Below are positions 22,886 to 35,600 of a stretch of 64,000 nucleotides of DNA, in pieces (within the stretch, counting starts at the first letter, position 1; each line of letters begins with the position of its first letter). Under the pieces are notes generated by a model, which had not been told where the DNA came from, ran no database searches, and saw only the letters and a list, made by a program, of their open reading frames with translations. This DNA is from Malacoraja senta (taxonomy: Eukaryota), in assembly GCA_038087875.1 (NCBI GenBank), contig CM075999.1:932001-996000 (forward strand). The letters are read 5' to 3'. The position numbers and the translations under genes are program-made.

Positions 22886-23050
22886 AGAGTGAGAACTGGT
22901 TGCCATACCATTGATTTGATGGACTTTGGGGTACTATTGAACTCGTAGCCATACCTTTGGTTTGGTGGACTTTGGGGTACTGTTATATCATTCTGCTAAT
23001 CATTGCTCTAATGCTTGCGACCATCGTGTGTGCCTACCGAGGACTGTGAA
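22886..23050 (+). pseudogene. env: ERV env C-terminal remnant (membrane-proximal + TM-like)
   Basis: PYLWFGGLWGTVI...ILLIIALMLATIVCAYRGL* just before the PPT (aaaaggagtgaa, ~23067-23079). Contains a ~35-nt tandem duplication. Confidence 0.55.
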
Positions 23051-23079
23051 AGTTATCATGTTTGATAAAAAGGAGTGAA

Positions 23080-23544
23080 TAAAGAGCTAATAGTCAAATC
23101 TAATAGTCAAATCTAAAATGGAGTCATTCTTCTACAAATGCATGGTCTAATAGAAAAAAAGAATGGCTCGGTGCCAAGTCTGAATGACTTTGCAAATTAT
23201 ATGGAACACAATATGGAGGACAGGTTGTCTTTTTAATAAAGACATTAACATGGAAGCCTGCATAATAACATGTGCTTCTTTCAAGGTCATAAAGAAGCCA
23301 AGATTGAAAAATATAGCTGACGCTCCAGAGATAAGTAATAACTTGTTATTGGATGAGCTTGATTTGGACTCAGCTTTTCCTATATTCTGAAGGCAATAGA
23401 ATCTTTCAACCATGCCATATTCAGACTTAGTAGGAGTGTTTTACTGATAAGAAAAATGTATAATTGTGCTAACTTTCCTTTGTTGCCATGGTTTACCTTT
23501 AACAATTTTGTTGCTATCTGATTTTTAAGAAACGAACTTTGACA
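23080..23544 (+). repeat. ERV 3' LTR (with internal deletion)
   Basis: Direct repeat of the 5' LTR ending CTTTGACA, followed by TSD CTAC. Confidence 0.88.
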
Positions 23545-23721
23545 CTACGACTAGGTAGGTTTCCTACGAGTGCACCAGTTTCATCCCACATCCCGTAGAC
23601 ATGCGGTTTGTAAGTTAAATGACATCTGTATATCTGTACATTGTCCCTAGTGTTATGGAGGGGGTATGCCTGTAAAGCTGCAGCATGTAAGAATGAATTG
23701 CTCCAGTCCCCATGCATATGA

Positions 23722-24140
23722 CCATAAGAGCCATCCGGCCCATCGAGTCTACTCCGCCATTTGATCATGACTGATCCATTTATCCCTCTTAACCCCATTC
23801 TCCTGCCTTCTCCCTGTAATCTTTGACGCCCTTACTAATCAAGAATCTATCAATCTCCGCTTTAAAAATACCTAATATCTTGGCTTCCACAGTCGTCTGT
23901 GGCAATGAATTCCACAGAATCATCATCTTCTGGCTAAAGAAATTCCTCCTCATCTCTATTCTAAAGGTACGTCCTTTTATTCTTTGTGCCCTCGGTTCTA
24001 GTCTCTCCTATTACTGGAAACATTCTTTATAGTTCTATTTATCTAGGCCTTTCATTATTTGGCAGGTTTCAATGAGATTCCCCCTCATCCTTCTAAATTC
24101 CAGCGAGTACAGGCCCAGAGCCATAAACGTTCCTCATACG
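23722..24140 (-). mobile_element. CR1 LINE 3' fragment
   Basis: Reverse complement of a CR1 ORF2 end and 3' UTR. Confidence 0.8.
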
Positions 24141-24276
24141 GTAATGACAATTAAGTGGTCATCAGCTTGGTGAGATGTATATTCCAGGATGTTGCTTTTC
24201 TCTGAACCCACGTATGAGAGGGACCAAAGCAAGCCTTCCCCTCATCCTGTGGCACCTCCCTCCCTCCCCGCAACCA

Positions 24277-24868
24277 GTTGTATAGGGCCCTGGTTAGACC
24301 ACATCTGGAGTATTGTGTACAGTTTTGGTCTTCTAATTTGAAGAAGAACATCCTTGTGATTGAGGCAGTGCAGCGTAGGTTCACGAGATTGATCCCTGGG
24401 ATGGCGGGACTGTCATATGAGGAAAGATTGAAAAGACTAGGCTTGTATTCACTGGAGTTTAGAAGGATGAGGGGCGATCTTATAGAAACATATAAAATTA
24501 TAAAAGGACTGGACAAGCTAGATGCAGGAAAAATGTTTCCAATGTTGGGTGAGTCCAGAACCAGGGGCCACAGTCTTAGAATAAAGGGGAGGGCATTTAA
24601 GACTGAGGTGAGAAAAAACGTTTTCACCCAGAGAGTTGTGAATTTGTGGAATTCCCTGCCACAGAGGGCAGTGGAGGAAAAATCACTGGATGGATTTAAG
24701 AGAGAGTTAGATAGAGCTCTAGGGGCTAGTGGAATCAGGGGATATGGGGAGAAGGCAGGCACAGGTTATTGATTGGGGACGATCAGCCATGATCACAATG
24801 AATGGCGGTGCTGGCTCGAAGGGCAGAATGGCCTGCTCCTGCACCTATTTTCTTTGTTTCTATGTTTC
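24277..24868 (+). mobile_element. CR1 LINE 3' fragment
   Basis: YRALVRPHLEYCVQFW...TRGHSLRI...FTQRVVNLWNSLP and a (gtttctat)-type tail. Confidence 0.92.
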
Positions 24869-25260
24869 CAACTCTCTGAAGAATAACAGCTGACCACTCT
24901 CAACTACAGCCACGACTTAATGCCATCAGCAGCAACAATAACAAGTTTTAAGAGAACAAGAAGTTCTTATTCAGCTTAATCTCTTTCCTCCTATCATCCC
25001 AAACATCCACTGACTTAAGGAAATCACTGCTGTTAATGCTGCTACATTTCTGCAATGTTATCTGTCTTCTCCACAAAGCAACCACATTTTTTAAAGATTG
25101 TCCTGCAGTTAAGGTTAGGTCTTACAAAAAAATGTTTTTGTAAGCTAGCTGGTGACAACTTCTGCTCAAAGGACTAACACTTCCCACTTAGAGATTTCCA
25201 TTCTGGCAACCTCAGTAACTACTGTACTGATGGACACATTATACCATTACTGTGCCCTGG

Positions 25261-25680
25261 TGTTTTACAGTGACAGACCAGTCCCCACCAGTACAGTACC
25301 ATAGTGTTGTATAATGACATACCATTTATAATCACTACTGTACCCCAGTGTTATACAGTGACAAAGACCATCCCCACGAGTACTGTACCCCAATGTTATA
25401 CAGTGACGAACCCGTTCCCACCAGTACTGTACCTCGGTGTTATACAGTGACAGACCAGTCCCCACCAGTTCTGTATCCCAGTGTTGTTCAGCGGAAGACA
25501 TGTCCCTACCAGTACCATACCCCAATGTTATACAGTGACATATCCGTTCCTGCCAATACTATAGCCTGGTGTTATACAGTGACAGACCAGTTCCAATCAG
25601 TACTGTACCCCAGTGTTATATAGTGACAAACCCATCCCCACCAATACTGTAGCCCAGTGTTGTACAGAGATGGACTCCTC
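25261..25680. repeat. 44-bp minisatellite, ~9.5 diverged units
   Basis: Unit tgttatacagtgacagaccagtccccaccagtactgtaccccag, with starts at 25261, 25305, 25349 and onward. Confidence 0.9.
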
Positions 25681-25814
25681 ACCATCTGTCTTTTGGGCAG
25701 AAGTGTAATCCAGACAAATGTAAGATGTATTTTGTGAATACTAATGAGGCTAGGACCTACATGGTGGGGTCTTCGGTAATATTGAGGGGCAGAGGAAACT
25801 TGAAGTACAAGTCC

Positions 25815-26255
25815 ATTGGCCCTTGAAGATGATAACATGGATAAATAACATGATTAGGAAGGAATATGGGATACCTGCTTCGCTGGACATGCATTGAATA
25901 CAAAAGTATGGAGGTTATGCTTCAACTTTCTTAAACCTTTGTCTGACCTCAGCTGGAGTACTGTGTGCTGCTGTGGTCACCATGCTACAGGAAGGATGTG
26001 ATAGTGCTGGAGAGGAACAGAGATTGACCAGGATGTTGCCACAGATGGTGAAGCTCGGCCTGTTCTCCCCAGAGTAGAGAAAATTAAGAGACGGCATGAT
26101 TGAAATATTTAAAATTATATTAGAGTGGTTTGGGTAGACTGCAGGAAATTTTACCCCCATATCAGAAATGGATTAAACTAGGGGGCAATAATTCAGGGTA
26201 AGGGGCAAGAGATTCAGAGGGAACTTGAGGGACATCTTCTCTACCCAGAGAGTGT
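25815..26255 (+). mobile_element. Old CR1 fragment
   Basis: Degenerate cagctggagtactgtgtg...agattgaccaggatgttgcc. Confidence 0.65.
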
Positions 26256-26257
26256 TA

Positions 26258-27262
26258 AGTTCAAAGGTTCAAAGGTCAGTTTATTCTCACGTGTACCAAT
26301 TAAGGTACAGTGAATCTCGAATTACCATACAGCCATACTAAAAAAAGCAACAAGACACACAACTACATAAAAGTTAACATAAACATCCACCACAGCGGAT
26401 ACCCCACATTCCTCACTGTGATGGAAGGCAGTAAAGTCTAAATGTTTAAGAAGGAACTGCAGATGCTCAAAAATTAAAGGTAGACAAAAATGCGGGAGAA
26501 ACTCAGCGGGTGAGGCAGCATCTATGGAGCAAAGGAAATAGGCAACGTTTCGGGTCGAAAACCCTTCTTTAGACTCAATATCTGAAGAAGGGTTTCGACC
26601 CGAAACATTGCCTATTTCCTTCGCTCCATAGATGCTGCCTCACCCGCTGAGTTTCACCAGCAATAAAGTCTAATCTTCTTCCCCCTTTATTCTCCCATGG
26701 TCGGGGCAGTCGAACCATCCACAGTCGGGGCGATCAAAGCTCACGCAGCCGGCGATCAAAGCTTCCGCATTGGGGCGAGCAAAGCGCCCGCAGCCGGCGA
26801 TCAAAGCTCCTGCATTGGGGCGAGCGAAGCTCCTGTGTCAGGATGGTCGAAGCTCCTGCGGCTTGGAGCTCTTGAAGTCGGTCTCTAACCAGGGACTGCG
26901 AGCTCCACGATGTTAAAGTCTGCAGGCTCCCTCGGTTGGAGCTCCAAGGTTGATCCCCGACAGGGATCATGAGCTCCACGATGTTAAGTCCGCAGGCTCC
27001 CACGGTTGGAGCTCCCGTAGTCGGTCTCCAGCAGAGGCCGCCAACTCCTCGATGTTAGGCCACAGTGCGGACGGAGATACGGAAAAAAATCACATCTCCG
27101 TCGAGGTAAGAGATTAAACGGGTCTCCACCAACCCCACCCCACACATATAACAAGCTAAAGAACACTAAAACATACATTTAACACATACTAAAAAAACAA
27201 CAAAGAAGGAAGGGACGAGACAGACTGTTGGCGAGGCAGCCATTGCTGGCGCCACCCAGTGG
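26258..27262 (-). mobile_element. GC-rich non-autonomous retroelement containing a Penelope-derived insert
   Basis: Internal tandem subrepeats, similarity to 37008-37595, and a (ttcaaagg) tail. Confidence 0.7.
26443..26662. mobile_element. Palindromic Penelope-derived element with hammerhead-like cores
   Basis: ~85-bp inverted arms around 26575, flanked by a taaagtctaa duplication. Confidence 0.8.
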
Positions 27263-27267
27263 TAAAG

Positions 27268-28025
27268 TAGAAACATAGAAAATAGGTGCAGGAGTAGGTC
27301 ATTCGGCCCTTCGAGCCTGCACTGCCATTCAATATGATCATGGCTGATCATCCAACTCAGTATCCTGTACCTGCCTTCTCTCCATACCCCCTGATCCCTT
27401 TAGCCACAAGGGCCACATCTAACTCCCTCTTAAATATAGCCAATGAACTGGCCTCAACTACCTTCTGTGGCAGAGAATTCCACAGATTCACCACTCTCTG
27501 TGTGAAAAATGTTTTTCTCATCTCGGTCCTAAAAGACTTCCCCCTTATCCTTAAACTGTGACCCCGTGTTCTGGACTTCCCCAACATCGGGAACAATCTT
27601 CCTGCATCTAGCCTGTCCAACCCCTTAAGAATGTTGTAAGTTTCTATAAGATCCCCCCTCAATCTTCTAAATTCTAGCGAGTACAAGCCGAGTCTATCCA
27701 GTCTTTCTTCATATGAAAGTCCTGCCATCCCAGGAATCAGTCTGGTGAACCTTCTCTGTACTCCCTCTATGGCAAGAATGTCTTTCCTCAGATTAGGAGA
27801 CCAAAATTGTACACAATACTCCAGGTGTGGTCTCACCCAGGCCCTGTACAACTGCAGCAGAACCTCCCTGCTCCTATACTCAAATCCTTTCGCTATGAAT
27901 GCTAACATACCATTCGCTTTCTTCACTGCCTGCTGCACCTGCATGCCTACTTTCAATGACTGGTGCACCATGACACCCAGGTCTCGTCGCATCTCCCCTT
28001 TTCCTAATCGGCCACCATTCAGATA
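27268..28025 (-). mobile_element. CR1 LINE 3' fragment
   Basis: 211 aa ORF RDLGVMV...VRPHLEYCVQFW...TRGHSL. Confidence 0.92.
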
Positions 28026-28989
28026 CCAAGAACATTTTGCTTATCATGTTAAGCCATTGATTATCCGGTTCATTGCATGCTGTAAGTTTGTGGCATTGCT
28101 TAATACTTTTTTAATCCCTTATTTACGAAGCTGAATAGAATACATTTAATTCTCAATGTTCCCAGGCCAGCTGGATTTTTGAAATCTATTGAAACATGCT
28201 TTCAAATATGAGGAAGAACGACAGGCCAGACCCCACATGAAACATTATTGCCAAAGCTGACACAAGAAACTGCAGATGCTGGAATCTTGCCCAGAACACA
28301 AAGTGCTGGAGCAATTCAGTGGGTCAGGCAGCATCTCTGGAGGACATGGATCAGCAATGATTTGGTTCGGGACCCATTGTCAGACTGAATTTCTGAGCAT
28401 GGCCTCTGATATCCTGTTGATTCTTCTTTCTAAAATATTCCCCCTTACATGTGTGCTCCACAAAGCCTTGGCACGTCCTGCCCAGTGGGTGACAGGTTGA
28501 AGATGTGAACAAGCCTTTAGTGCCATCTCCTCCTTGGTGATCTGGGTATGGTAGCATTCTCTCTGACTGCCTTCAGGACTGTGTGATCAGATCAGCTTGT
28601 GAGAGCCTGTGGTTTCTTGTTCTCTTCCATGTAAAGAATAACGTTTAATTGGAGACACAGGAGACTGCAGATGCAGTAAAAGGAGAATTCTAATCCAGAT
28701 GAAGGGTTTTGACCTGAAATATTGACTGTTCATTTCCCTCTACGTTTGCGGTCTGGCACACTGAGTTCCTCCAGCTGCTCTCCATTTTTGCATCAAAAGA
28801 TTTTTCTGTTGTGTAGAGAGAGAGAGAATTGATTGCTATGTTCCAGAGGATACATTATCAGGTGACTATTGTTTTTCCTAGAATATTCAAGATTATGCAG
28901 AAAATGAGGGATATAGATGTTGTGCTCGCAGAGGGGATTAGTTTAATTTGGTATCAGGTTCAACATAGACATCATGTGCTGTACTGATT

Positions 28990-29400
28990 TATGTCCTTAC
29001 AGTTTTGGACAGAGCAGATGTCAAACCAAGCTGTGATGCATTCCACAGGATGCTTTCTGTGGTGCATCTGTAGAAATTCAATGAATCATTGAAGACAAGC
29101 TGAATATCCTTAGTCTTTTGAGGAAGCAGAAGGGTTTCTTGACAGTAGCATCAATGTGGTTGGTCAAGGACAGATTGTTGATAAAATGTATGCCTAGGAA
29201 CTTGAGGTTCTTAACCATCTGCACTTCAGCACCATTGATACAGACTGGAGCATGTACTCCAGCTCTCTTCCAGAAGTTCATGACTTGCTGATTCATTATA
29301 TTGACATTGAGGGAGAGTTTTTTGTTTTGACACATGCTAGTTACTAAGCTCTGTCTCCGTCCTGTACGCCATATGATCATCATTCAGGATCTGGCCCACT
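28990..29400 (-). mobile_element. Degraded Rex1/Babar-type fragment
   Basis: LSLNV...INGAEVQMVKNLKFLGIHF. Confidence 0.6.
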
Positions 29401-30579
29401 ATCCAAAATCATGAGTGTAGAGGGAGTATAGTAAGGGGCTACTTGGATTGTGAGAGAATGGGAGTTTTTTTTATTTACAGAAGTTGTGTTGATCAGGATT
29501 GTCAGTGTGTACTGTAGTCAGTGAGTGGCAGCTTGGGGAAGTCTACAATGGTTGCAGATATTTGTGTGCACAATACAGCTTCCTCCTCGCTGAAATAAAA
29601 GTCCCTCTTTAATGCTGCAGGGAACAGGGAAGCCGTGAAATGTTACAAAGATAGTTGCGGCTGCCTGGAATAACCCTAAAGCCAGGAAGTTAAAATGGTC
29701 ATGACCTTGGTTTGCACTGTGAAAGCAGGGCAGTCAGATGTAAGTGGCTAGGTTCAAACCTGTCTCAGGGATCGCTACCCTTGAAAACCAGAGTCTATGG
29801 AGACAATACTCTGTGGGGAGGTCCCATCTGGAAATTTTCCATGGATAGAATTGGCCCGCATGCATCGCCTCCTCCTCCAGGTTCCCTGACCTTGTCTTGT
29901 ACACCTGTGACACCCAGTTCCCACTGAAACAGTAGTACCAGTGGTATGCCTCAGAGACACCCATTACATTGTCTCTACCGGAAATATTTAGGGAAAAAGC
30001 AGCTGCTTTTACTCTGATTGGACACTTTAAAAGCAAATGTTAATGAATGCTGGAACCATCTTATGAACTCTTGCTGTCCCGCTGAATGCTCCATGATATA
30101 CCATATTTCAAAATTAGAACAGAGAAAAGTACAGCATAGGAACAGGCCCTTCAGCATAGTGTCCTTGCCAAGTTAAATAATCTCATCTACCTGCATGTGA
30201 TCCATATCTTGCCATTTCCTGCACATCCATGTGCTTAACCAATATCCTCTTAAATGCCAGCATAATTTCTGCCTCCTCTACCACCCCTGGCAGTGCATCC
30301 TAGGCACCCACCACTCTGTGTACAAAAAAAAACCTGCCCATACATCTCCTTTAAATTGTGTTCCTAATACCCTAAAGCCTCTCGTCTTTGACATTTCCAC
30401 GAGGTGATAAAGAATTTGTGCATTTTGAACTGGAAATGGTCATCATTACAATTTACTCAAAGCCAAATCAATTTTCAAATTAAATACTAATGGGCAAACA
30501 GCACTCAGACAATTCATCAGTTACTGATCTGAATCAGTGCTTAAATGTATGGTTTATCTATTAGCTTGATGGATAATAG

Positions 30580-30930
30580 TGTCATAGATTCATACCGCAC
30601 GGAAAAGTGCCCTTCAGTCCAACTTTCCCATGCCGACCAAGTTGTCCCATCTAACCTAGTCCCATCTGCCTGCATTTGCCCCATATCCCTCTAAACCATT
30701 CCTATCCATATACCTATCCAAATGTCTTTTAAATGTTACCAGACTCGTCTACCTCATTTGGCAGCTTATTCCACATGCCCACCACCCTATGTCTGAAAAA
30801 GCTACCCCTCAGCTTCCAATTAAATCTTTCCCCTCTCACCTTAAACCTATGTTCTCTGGGTCTTGATTCCCCCACTCTGTGAAAATGACTGTGTACATTC
30901 ACTCTCTCAATTACCCTCATGATTTTATAT
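30580..30930 (-). mobile_element. CR1 3' fragment
   Basis: HRFKVRGERF...FFRHRVVGMWNKLP. Confidence 0.75.
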
Positions 30931-31664
30931 GCACAATAATGTAAAGGTTAATGCTATTAAAAAAAAGGAGAGATATAATGTAGTGTGCGGGATGTGGGGT
31001 GGGTGCGGGGAGTGGGGGTGGGGGGGAGGAGAAATGTCTTGGAGCCAGCCCATTGCCATCACTTACTGATTGTGGCCTCCACCCATCCACATTCACTTTG
31101 CAAAAGGTGCAAGCTGCCCAGAGGCAGCTGGCAAGGCAGAGCTGGGCTTCAGTCTGAACACGAAAACAGGGGGAAAAAGGGGAAAACCCAGCAATACGAA
31201 GTGCTGTGCTGTAGTTACTTATATATTACCTGTAAATTTGTCCCAGATTACAAATAGGACAACTAAAGTAGGTTAACTGTGGTCTACGCAACCAAATATG
31301 AATGGATAAATAATAAACCCAAGCACTTTCCCTGTTGTGGTTATCTCTGCTTGTGCTTTGCAGAGATGTGTGACCTGGTTTTTACAACCACTCCCTCTGC
31401 AATTGATGTCCCACAAAGAGCAAACGCCGACTGTGACATCAGACCAGTTAACCTCAGGGAAAGATTAAGGCGAATATTATTTTACTTTTAATACCTCCCA
31501 ATTTGCAAATAAATTGCTTTTTAATTCCCCCTGATGATCAGATAATACTGCATTGTAGAGTACAGAACTAACATTCCTCAGTTTTGATTTAATTCTAAAC
31601 CTAGTGAGATTTACACATGTATCTCTAACTTACCTGGTAAATAGCAGGTCATAATAAACAATCT

Positions 31665-31975
31665 TAGTTTAAAGATACAGCACGGAAACAGGTCCTTCGG
31701 CCCATCAAGTCTACGTTGACCATCAACCACCCATTCACACTAGTTCTATATTATACTATTTTTTCATCCACTCCCTACGCACTAAGGGCAATTTACAGAG
31801 TCCAATTAACCTACAAACCCGCAGGGATTTTGAGATGTGGAAGGAAACTTGAGCACCCGGAGTAAATCCAGGCTGTCACAGGAAGAACGTGCAAACTCCA
31901 CACAGCACCCAAAGTCTGGATCAAAAACAGGTCTCTGGCACTGTGAGGCAGCAGCTCCATTAGCTGCATCACTGT
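31665..31975 (-). mobile_element. HE1-type V-SINE
   Basis: aacgtgcaaactccacacagcacc core. Confidence 0.75.
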
Positions 31976-32631
31976 GCCAATTTGGAAATGTCTCAAGATT
32001 GTCTGCAATGGCTATGCTCTGCAACCTATTCAAAAAATCCAAACTGATACGGAGGAAGCCCAAACTCCAAACTGCGGCAAGATGAAGTGAGGTCTTAAGA
32101 GATTCATTGATAACTGATAGCCAATAAAACACTGCTCTCAACATTGTGTCAGGAGAGTCAGGCCAAGGTGCAGTCAAAGGGGAGACCACCAGAGAGTGAG
32201 GCCTGCAGGCAAGCTTGGAAGCAAAGTGTGCTTCAAACATCATCGGAAGCCTGGAGCTACAGCAAACATCTAGATTTGCTGTTTGCAGATCACCCTCTTC
32301 TCGCTCACCACAGTAACCCAAGTGTTTGACTGACTTTTTGCGCACCATTCATCTGTCAAAATGCAGGGCAACCTATACAGGTCCTCCCTTGTTACAGCAT
32401 GGTTCCACTCCTGAGAACTGTTCGTAACCCAACCAGTTTGCATGGGAATCGCAGCCACAAATGATGAGAGTACTGGAAAGAGGCAGCGAGATGGTGTCAA
32501 GACAACAATCTCTCTGTCAATGTCAGCAAAATAAAGGAGCTTGTCATTGGCTTCAGGAAGTGTGGTAGAGTACAAACCCCAGTCTGTAGCAATGATTTTG
32601 AAGTGGAGATGGTCGAGAACTTCAAATTCAA

Positions 32632-35600
32632 AGACAATAGACAATAGGTGCAGGAGTAGGCCATTCAGCCCTTCGAACCAGCACCGCCATTCAATGTGAT
32701 CATGGCTGATCATCCACAATCAGTACCCCGTTCCTGCCTTCTCCCCATATCCCCTGACTCTGCTATCTTTAAGAGCCCTATCTAACTCTCTCTTGAAAGT
32801 ATCCAGAGAACCGGCCTCCTCCGCCCTCTGAGGCAGAGAATTCCACAGACTCACAACTCTCTGTGTGAAAAGATGTTTCCTCATCATCGTTCTAAATGGC
32901 TTACCCCTTATTCTTAAACTGTGGCCCCTGGTTCTGGACTCCCTCAACATCAGGAACATTTTTCCTGCCTCTAGCATGTCCAAACCCTTAATAATCTCAT
33001 ATGTTTCAATAAGATTCCCTCTCATCCTAAATTCCAGAGTATACAAGCCCAGCCGCTCCATTCTCTCAGCGCACGACAGTCCCGCCATGACGGGAATTAA
33101 CCTGCACTCCCTCCAATGACGGGAATTAACCTGCACACCCCATTAACTAAGCTGCACTCCCTCCAATAGCAAGAATGTCCTTCCTCAAATTTGGAGACCA
33201 AAACTGCACACAATACTACAGGTGTGGTCTCACTAGGGCCCTGTACAACTGCAGAAGGACCTATTTGCTCCTATACTCAATTCCTCTTGTTATGAAGGCC
33301 AACATGCCATTCGCTTTCTTCACTGCCTGCTGTACCTGCATACTTACTTTCATTGACTGATGCACAAGGACCCCTGGATCCCGTTGTACTTCCCCTTTTT
33401 CCAACTTTTAGATCTCCTCTTCTTCTTCTTGCTTATGGCATGCACAGTCTAAAGTTGCAGGCCAACTTGTTCTATTTGATCTTATTTGATTGTGCACGCC
33501 AGGTTGATTGCATTCGTTGAAACAGGGCGGCCATTTAGATAATAATCTGCCTTCCTGTTTTTGTTACCAAAGTGGATAACCTCACATTTATCCACATTAA
33601 ACTGCATCTGCCATACATCTGCCCACTCACCCAACCTGTCCAAGTCACCCTGCATTCTCATAGCTTCCTCCTCACAGTTCACACTGCCACCGAGCTTTGT
33701 GTCATCTGCAAATTTGCTAATGTTATTTGTAATCCCTTCATCTAAATCATTAATATATATTGTAAAACGGTGGAGGAAATCCTCACTGGAGGAAAGAGTG
33801 GGCATCAACCTCCTGCAAGCAGATCTAAAGGAATGCCTGGGAAGACTGCGGAGAGCAGAAACCCTCAGAACTCGACCCAAGAAGAAGGAGTGGGCAAGAA
33901 CATTCTTCTACAAGGATCCCTTCAGATTTGTGAAAGGACTCTTCACAAAAGAAAAGAGCGGGTCACTTAAAGTGTCAAAGAGGGAATTGGAGGACCACCT
34001 GAAATCAACGTACACGGACAACCAAAGATTTGAGCAGAGGGGGATACCTCCAGACATGCCACCCATTCCTCAACCAGAACACCAGTTGGACAACAGCATC
34101 CCAAGGTGGAGCGAAGTCGAGAAAGCCGTAAGGAAGGCAAGGGCAGCTTCAGCTCCAGGACCAAACGGAGTTCCATGCCGGCTGTACAAAAATGCTCCAA
34201 ATGTTCTACGGTTCCTATGGAGGTAAATGGGGATAGCATGGAATAAGCAAACCATCCCGAAAGCATAGCGAAGAGCAGGGGGAGTGGTGATCCCAAGGAA
34301 ATAGATGCCTCAAACATCGACCAATTCCGGCAAATCAATCTCTTGAATGTTGAAGGGAAGATCTTCTTTCGCATTGTTGCTCAAAGGATGATAACCTACC
34401 TGAATCAGAACAACCTGATTGACACGTCGGTACAGAAAGCTGGTATACCAGGCTTCTCTGGATGCTTAGAACACACAAGCATGATATGGCATCAAATCCA
34501 GTCTGCAAAAAGGGAAGGAAGAGATCTGCACGTCTTATTCCTGGACCTAGCCAATGCTTCTGTTCCCAATTCTCTCCTCTTCGAGTTCTTCCATGTGCCA
34601 AAGACCATTACAAACCTGGTCAGAAACTACTTCCAAGATTTGCAATTCTGTATTAGAACAACAGAATACACAACATCATGGCAACCACTGGAAGTGGGAA
34701 TAATGGCAGGTTGCACTATTTCCCCGCTAGCCTTCACCATGGCGATGGAAGTGATCATCAGAGCTTCCAAGTGGGTCATAGGAGGAGAGCGGCTGCAGTC
34801 TGGGCAGTGGCTACCTCCCATTCGTGCCTACATGGATGACATGACCACCCTGACCTCAACCATTGCTTGTACCAAGCGCCTGCTGGAAAAGCTTCATGCA
34901 AACATAACATGGGCCCGAATGAAGTTGAAACCCAGCAAATCCAGGAGCATATCCATCATCAGAGGAAAAATAGTAGACAAGCGATTCCACATTGATGAAA
35001 CATCCATTCCAATGGTGTCAGAGCTGCTAGTCAAAAGTTTAGGACGGTGGTACAATGCAAGCCTCAAAGACTCAGACCAGTGTGACAAACTGAGGGAAAA
35101 AACCATCAAAGGCCTTGCTAGCATAGACAAGACCTCGCTTCCTGGTAAGCTGAAACTGTGGTGCCTGCAGTTTGGATTGCTCCCGCGTCTGATGTGGCCT
35201 CTGACGGTCTACGAGGTCCCCATCACCAAAGTCGAGAAGCTGGAGAGGACAGTCAGTTCATACATCAAGAAGTGGCTTGGACTCCCACATTGCCTCAGTA
35301 ATATCGGCTTGTATGGACACAGCGCTCTGGAACTGCCTGTCTCTAGCCTCACAGAAGAATACAAATGCACCAAAGTGAGGCTGGACATGACCCTGACCGA
35401 GTCTCAAGATGATGCGGTACGAGCGGCTGCTCCCATACTGGCAACTGGGAGGAAGTGGACCCCATCGGAGGCTGTTCGCAAAATCTGCTCTCGACATGGA
35501 GACATTGTAGGACAGGTGCAGCAGGGAAGAGGTGGGATTGGACTCGGGACAAGTCGACCCATATGGCACAAGGCAACATCCACCCAGAGAAGAAAGCTGG

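Noticed and set aside
25261..25680. CRISPR-like array
   Set aside because: Contiguous tandem units with no unique spacers, in a vertebrate context.
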